A stretch of 49,172 nt of DNA from Candidatus Enterousia sp. (lineage in GTDB: Bacteria; Pseudomonadota; Alphaproteobacteria; Rs-D84): contig JAZRSI010000030.1 in the NCBI GenBank assembly GCA_045651445.1, forward strand, positions 1-49,172, read 5' to 3'. This document shows positions 45,179-49,172 of the stretch, piece after piece. Position numbers and translations under genes: made by a program. The notes below the pieces were generated by a model that had not been told where the DNA came from, made no database searches, and worked only from the letters and a program-made list of their open reading frames with translations. How positions within the stretch are numbered: position 1 is the stretch's first letter; each line of letters begins with the position of its first letter.

Positions 45179-45936
45179 TGTTTGGTTGGCTTGAATTGGT
45201 TCAGATTTTAATTATTGGTATTGCGTTATGGGTGTTTTATAGGACTTTTATAAAGAATACACAGTCTGAAAAATTGGTTCGGGGCCTGTTGGGCTTGGCA
45301 GGTTTGTGGGCGATTAGTTTTGTTATGGCGTGGGCCAGGTTAGATTTGTTGGCAACTTTTTTGCATTGGACGGCTTTGTTTTTGTCTTTGAGTTTGATAG
45401 TCGTTTTTCAACCAGAATTACGTAAATTTATGGCGTTGATGGGAAATGTAAAGCAGTGGCGGCGTGTGTTGAGGCGTGATGGTGTAAAAACAAATTCTTC
45501 TAAATCATTGGACGAGATTGTAAGTGCGGTTGAATATATGTCTGCGAAACATACAGGGGCACTGATTGTTTTTTCGTCTGTTCTAGATGAAAGCGTAATA
45601 GAAAAGAAGGGTGTTGCAATTGATGCAAAAATTAGCAGCGAATTGTTGTTGACTATTTTCTTTAATAAAACGCCGTTGCATGATGGGGCGTTGATTATAG
45701 AAGGGAATCGTATTGCGTATGCGGGGGCTATATTGCCTGTGTCGCAAAGTAATTTAAGTTGGAAATATGGAACGCGGCATCGTGCGGCGCTTGGGTTAAG
45801 TGAATTGTCTGGGGCAATTGTGCTGGTTGTTTCGGAAGAGAGTGGTGATATTTCAATTGCTGAAAAGGGAAAGTTCACAAAATATGATGATATGAAAAAA
45901 TTGCGTAGTCGGCTTGAAAAGATTTTTGATAGATAA
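45178..45936 (+). CDS. cdaA: diadenylate cyclase CdaA (membrane-anchored DAC domain)
   Basis: Three N-terminal TM helices and a DAC domain with HTGALIVF, PLHDGALII and GTRHRAALGLSE...VVSEESGDISIA. TAATG overlap with asmA. Confidence 0.85.
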   Translation: MFGWLELVQILIIGIALWVFYRTFIKNTQSEKLVRGLLGLAGLWAISFVMAWARLDLLATFLHWTALFLSLSLIVVFQPELRKFMALMGNVKQWRRVLRRDGVKTNSSKSLDEIVSAVEYMSAKHTGALIVFSSVLDESVIEKKGVAIDAKISSELLLTIFFNKTPLHDGALIIEGNRIAYAGAILPVSQSNLSWKYGTRHRAALGLSELSGAIVLVVSEESGDISIAEKGKFTKYDDMKKLRSRLEKIFDR

Positions 45937-45943
45937 GTTTGTT

Positions 45944-45970
45944 AAAAAATCCCCAGATGGGGATTTTTTT
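45944..45970. terminator. bidirectional rho-independent terminator
   Basis: aaaaaatcccc, agat loop, ggggatttttt. Confidence 0.85.
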
Positions 45971-46859
45971 AATGTAGAGTTTTTTGTGAATAATCGGAAA
46001 TGAATTTTTTTTCTATTTGCTCTAATGTTTTTTTTGCTTTGTTAATGTGTTCGCAACGAATGTCGCGTTCAGGTAATATGCCTTGGGAAGAAATGATTTC
46101 CTGGCGTTTTTCTAGTGTCTTGTCATGCAAGGCATTTTTTAGTGAATTTAATTTGTTCGCATCGGGGTGCAGTTCTTTAAAATAAATTTCTGTGTTGTGT
46201 AATATTCTAAAGATGTGCATCAATGTTTTTTCGCCAAGGTAATTCAATATTGTTTCGTTGTGTGGGATTTTGTAAAGGCGTTTCAAGTCTTCGTTAGAAT
46301 ATTTTACGTTAAATAAATCTTGGTAAAAACCTTGTATTATTTTTTCGTAATCGCCACCGGCCTGTTTTATCATGCTGCGAAGTGATTTCATTGTGTCGCT
46401 AACGTATTCGCGCATTTCTACACGTAATATTCTGTTGTGTGTGTTTTCTACTTCGTGGAATTTTGCATTTGGCATCATGAAATATGCTTTTAAAAATTTG
46501 TCTTCCAATCGCATGCAGGGGTCGTTGACCAGTTTATAACAGGCATAAGGTGATAATTTATAGTCGTTGTAGAAATTTTTGCCACCGAGTGTGTATTGGT
46601 GTCTTTCGCCAACGATATGCTTGCTGCCGTTTAAAATGTCATTAAATGCCGTGTTAATGAAGCGGACGATAGTTATGTATGTTGGGTGTTCTTCGAAACG
46701 TCCGGATATTTTATATAGATCAGATGCAAAGCAGTATTCGGTTGTGTTTTCTGGTTTAGTGGATGCGTCGTCGAATAGGCTTAGTTGTGCCTTTGGGCGT
46801 GGGCGTATCATTGCGCGGTTTATTTGGTCGTATATATATTTGGGTTCGGTGTTTATCAT
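45969..46859 (-). CDS. DNA-damage-inducible protein D (DinD)-like protein
   Basis: DYKLSPYACYKLVNDPCMR...KAYF, RVEMREYVSDTMKSL..IKQAG, GFYQDLF and LMHIFRILHNTE follow the DinD pattern as I recall it (dy.LSRYACYLI.QNGDP, ...ELAANLFRITQTE). Confidence 0.55.
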   Translation of the reverse strand: MINTEPKYIYDQINRAMIRPRPKAQLSLFDDASTKPENTTEYCFASDLYKISGRFEEHPTYITIVRFINTAFNDILNGSKHIVGERHQYTLGGKNFYNDYKLSPYACYKLVNDPCMRLEDKFLKAYFMMPNAKFHEVENTHNRILRVEMREYVSDTMKSLRSMIKQAGGDYEKIIQGFYQDLFNVKYSNEDLKRLYKIPHNETILNYLGEKTLMHIFRILHNTEIYFKELHPDANKLNSLKNALHDKTLEKRQEIISSQGILPERDIRCEHINKAKKTLEQIEKKFISDYSQKTLH

Positions 46860-46885
46860 GGTTTGGGTCCTTGGGTTGTGGGTTG

Positions 46886-47110
46886 TTATTTTCCGTCTTC
46901 GATATTCGCCAGTGAAAAAAGCACTGATGATATCAATGATTGGTATGGGACGTGTTGTTGTTCCGCCAGTTCTTTTATCTTGTCAAGAACAGGGCGTGGA
47001 ATACGCATATTAATCACGCAGTCAGACTTGTTAAAGGCCTTGTAGGCTGCGTATTCTTTTAATAAAGATTCAATGTTCATTACGAACAGTTGTTGCATAA
47101 CGTTCGGCAT
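46886..47110 (-). CDS. BrnA-like (CopG/RHH-type) antitoxin, apparently orphan
   Basis: C-terminal INMRIPRPVLDKIKELAEQQHVPYQSLISSVL matches the BrnA pattern v.iRl....l..lK..A...GipYQtLI..iL. ATG 47110 has a GAAGGTGG SD, and other in-frame starts are possible. Confidence 0.55.
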   Translation of the reverse strand: MPNVMQQLFVMNIESLLKEYAAYKAFNKSDCVINMRIPRPVLDKIKELAEQQHVPYQSLISSVLFSLANIEDGK

Positions 47111-47306
47111 ATATACCACCTTCTATACCAACTGCAATACCGCAGTCTTTACAATAAACTATACCATTGTATTTACAATTGTCAATACAAATATATTTAC
47201 GTCTGTAATTACTATTGTAAGGGCGGTGGTGTAGATGGTTGTGTTGCTTGCAATTTGTTATTCTTGTGTTTAAAATTGGTCTGTATTTATATGGAAAGGA
47301 TTTATT

Positions 47307-48629
47307 ATGTTTAAGAAAATTTTGGCGTCATTTATCGCCTTGGTTGTCTTTTGTGTGGGGGTGGCCCGTGCAGAATTAAAGGTTGATATTATTGCGGGGG
47401 CGGCGGAACCAATTCCGATTGCGTTTCAGAAGTTAGAAGTTGTTGGGGATGTTCCTGCCAAGGTTTCTGCGATGATACGTCGTGTCGCAGAAGATGATTT
47501 AAAGCGGACGGGTTTATTTCGTATTGTTAATCATGACGCGTTTCCTGAATATGTAAAAATGGGCGATATGCCGAATTTTAAATCTTGGGCGGCAATTAAA
47601 ACGCAGGTTTTGGTTCAGGGAAAATTATACGCCCAATCTAATAACGAATATAAATTGGAATTTTTTGTTTGGGATGTAAATGGGCGTGAACAGATAGAAG
47701 CCCAGGCCTTGGTCGCATCAAAGAAGGCTGCGCGTCGTTTGGCGCATATTATGGCCGATGCTATTTATGAACGTTTGACGGGGGAAATTGGTTATTTCGA
47801 TACTCAAATAGTCTTTATTGCGGAAACAGGCCCTGTGCACAAACGGGTAAAGCGTATGGCGATTATGGATCAAGACGGCTTTGGGGTACGGTATTTGTCA
47901 GATGAAGATTCTTTTGTAATGTCGCCGCATTTTTCACCGAATATGCAGACGATTGTTTTCTTGTCTTATTATAATGATGATCCAATGGTGTGGACGCTGG
48001 ATTTGGATACTGGTGAACAGCGCAGGCTAGGGCAGTTTGGTGGTATGAATTTTGCGCCCAGATTTTCGCCTGACGGGACAAAGGTTGCTTTGTCGCTTGT
48101 CAAGAAGGGTATTACACACATATATGAATACAATCTTGAAACCAAAGAATTGCGTCAATTGACATTTGGAAATTCTTTGAATACCAGTCCATCTTATTCC
48201 CCAGATGGTAAAAAAATGGCGTTTAATTCTGACCGTTCTGGACGTCAGCAGATTCATGTGTTGGATTTGGAATCTGGTGAAGAAAAACGCATAACTTATG
48301 GAAATGGAAAATATGCGACGCCGGCGTGGTCGCCTGATGGGCAATTTATTGCCTTTACAAAGATGGCAGACGACACGTTTTATGTCGGTATTATGAAGCC
48401 AAATGGAAAAAATGAAAAGATTCTGGCCGGCGGTTGGTTTATGGAAGCGCCATCTTGGGCGCCTGGTTCGCGTCGTATAGTTTATTATGAAACCGAAAAA
48501 CATCTTGATGGGATTGAACGCATAAGCCATATTCGTAGTATCGATATCACAGGACAAAATATTTATGATATCGAATTACCTGATGGTGTAAATGGGGTAG
48601 AACCCACTTGGTCGCCAAGATTGCCATGA
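47307..48629 (+). CDS. tolB: Tol-Pal system beta-propeller protein TolB
   Basis: Signal peptide, TolB N-domain and repeated FSPDG/YSPDG/WSPDG propeller blades. Confidence 0.95.
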   Translation: MFKKILASFIALVVFCVGVARAELKVDIIAGAAEPIPIAFQKLEVVGDVPAKVSAMIRRVAEDDLKRTGLFRIVNHDAFPEYVKMGDMPNFKSWAAIKTQVLVQGKLYAQSNNEYKLEFFVWDVNGREQIEAQALVASKKAARRLAHIMADAIYERLTGEIGYFDTQIVFIAETGPVHKRVKRMAIMDQDGFGVRYLSDEDSFVMSPHFSPNMQTIVFLSYYNDDPMVWTLDLDTGEQRRLGQFGGMNFAPRFSPDGTKVALSLVKKGITHIYEYNLETKELRQLTFGNSLNTSPSYSPDGKKMAFNSDRSGRQQIHVLDLESGEEKRITYGNGKYATPAWSPDGQFIAFTKMADDTFYVGIMKPNGKNEKILAGGWFMEAPSWAPGSRRIVYYETEKHLDGIERISHIRSIDITGQNIYDIELPDGVNGVEPTWSPRLP

Positions 48630-49048
48630 TAAATAAAATATTATGTGCCTTTTTGGGATTATGTTTGTTTGGGACCGCAAATGCGGTTCCCGCAGTTGTT
48701 GATTATATTTTTGATGGTGATACTTTCGCGGCCGCGGTCAAAATCGAAGAAGATATTTCTATTACTGTTCGTGTTCGTATCATAAACATTGATACGCCCG
48801 AATTAAACGGTGCATGTCCCAAGGAAATATCCATGGCTACACAAGCCAAACAAAGATTGTCGGAAATTCTACCCATAGGCACCGTGGTTGATTTACAAAA
48901 TATCAAAGATGATAAATATCTGGGGCGAATTGATGCGAACGTTATTTTATCAGACGGTCGTGATGTCGGCAAGATTCTTGTTAAAGAAGGGCTTGCGCGA
49001 AGGTATAGTGGTGGCAAGCGCGCCCCCTGGTGTTCAAATAAAATCTAA
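48626..49048 (+). CDS. secreted thermonuclease (SNase-like) family protein
   Basis: Signal peptide and SNase pattern DGDTF...VRIINIDTPE...GR...ILVKEGLAR. ATGA overlap with the tolB stop. The last codons lie inside the repeat element. Confidence 0.8.
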   Translation: MINKILCAFLGLCLFGTANAVPAVVDYIFDGDTFAAAVKIEEDISITVRVRIINIDTPELNGACPKEISMATQAKQRLSEILPIGTVVDLQNIKDDKYLGRIDANVILSDGRDVGKILVKEGLARRYSGGKRAPWCSNKI

Positions 49049-49172
49049 TGGCATATCTACAAGGGGTGCCGACAACTCATGTAGCGTTTGTACACTAGGT
49101 TGTCGCCACCACTTGTATGTACACGATTATGTTTTATTTTCCGCTAATCACGTAGTTTGGGTCTGAGAACTC
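49036..49172 (+). repeat. hairpin repeat element, second locus (truncated by window end)
   Basis: Same left flank aaataaaatctaatggcatatcta. Arms 49059-49076 / 49099-49116 pair at 16 of 18 positions around the loop tcatgtagcgtttgtacactag. The right flank is ...ttattttccgctaatcacg. Confidence 0.85.

Noticed and set aside
47090-47314. 74-aa + strand ORF upstream of tolB
   Set aside because: The Tyr/Cys/Asn-rich low-complexity translation is typical of AT-rich spacer DNA. There is no SD, and the frame overlaps the tolB start out of frame.
1-49172. CRISPR arrays, rRNA genes and large tandem repeats
   Set aside because: I found no regularly spaced direct repeats and no rRNA-like conserved stretches on either strand.

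Overview
AT-rich, gene-dense bacterial chromosome segment. The gene content (gatCAB, tatA separated from tatBC, SPOR protein, LolA, TolB, AsmA, FtsL-FtsI, a small alphaproteobacterial-type HTH protein, an autotransporter) suggests a Gram-negative, alphaproteobacterium-like and probably host-associated or reduced lineage; this is inference only. I call 54 protein-coding regions, three of them below the ORF-track size cut-off. I also call tRNA-Lys(CUU), tRNA-Phe(GAA), many stem-loop/T-tract terminators and a few near-consensus promoters. I saw no rRNA, CRISPR array, transposase or integrase. The housekeeping backbone (thrS, trxA, sufSTE, ftsLI, recJ, nrnA, lolA, tatBC, miaB, gatCAB, ruvX, sufBC, parE, dnaJ, pgsA, uvrC, rluC, tolB) is interrupted by small accessory patches. 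Most worth follow-up: (1) two unknown, translationally coupled genes between gatC and gatA, one with an RNA polymerase alpha-CTD-like helix-hairpin-helix; (2) a dispersed hairpin repeat family downstream of two + strand genes, with conserved loop and flanks but covarying stems; (3) a GC-rich, hairpin-dense intergenic island next to it that looks like an unclassified structured RNA; (4) an orphan TcpQ/PilL-like plus lipoprotein-secretin pair with its own consensus promoter, and a lone type IV pilin gene 6.7 kb away; (5) a CdaA-type diadenylate cyclase coupled to rluC-asmA; (6) a 1.6-copy duplication of the tRNA-Lys 3' end next to a mosaic of envelope and accessory genes. All family assignments come from motif recognition by eye. 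No database search was run.
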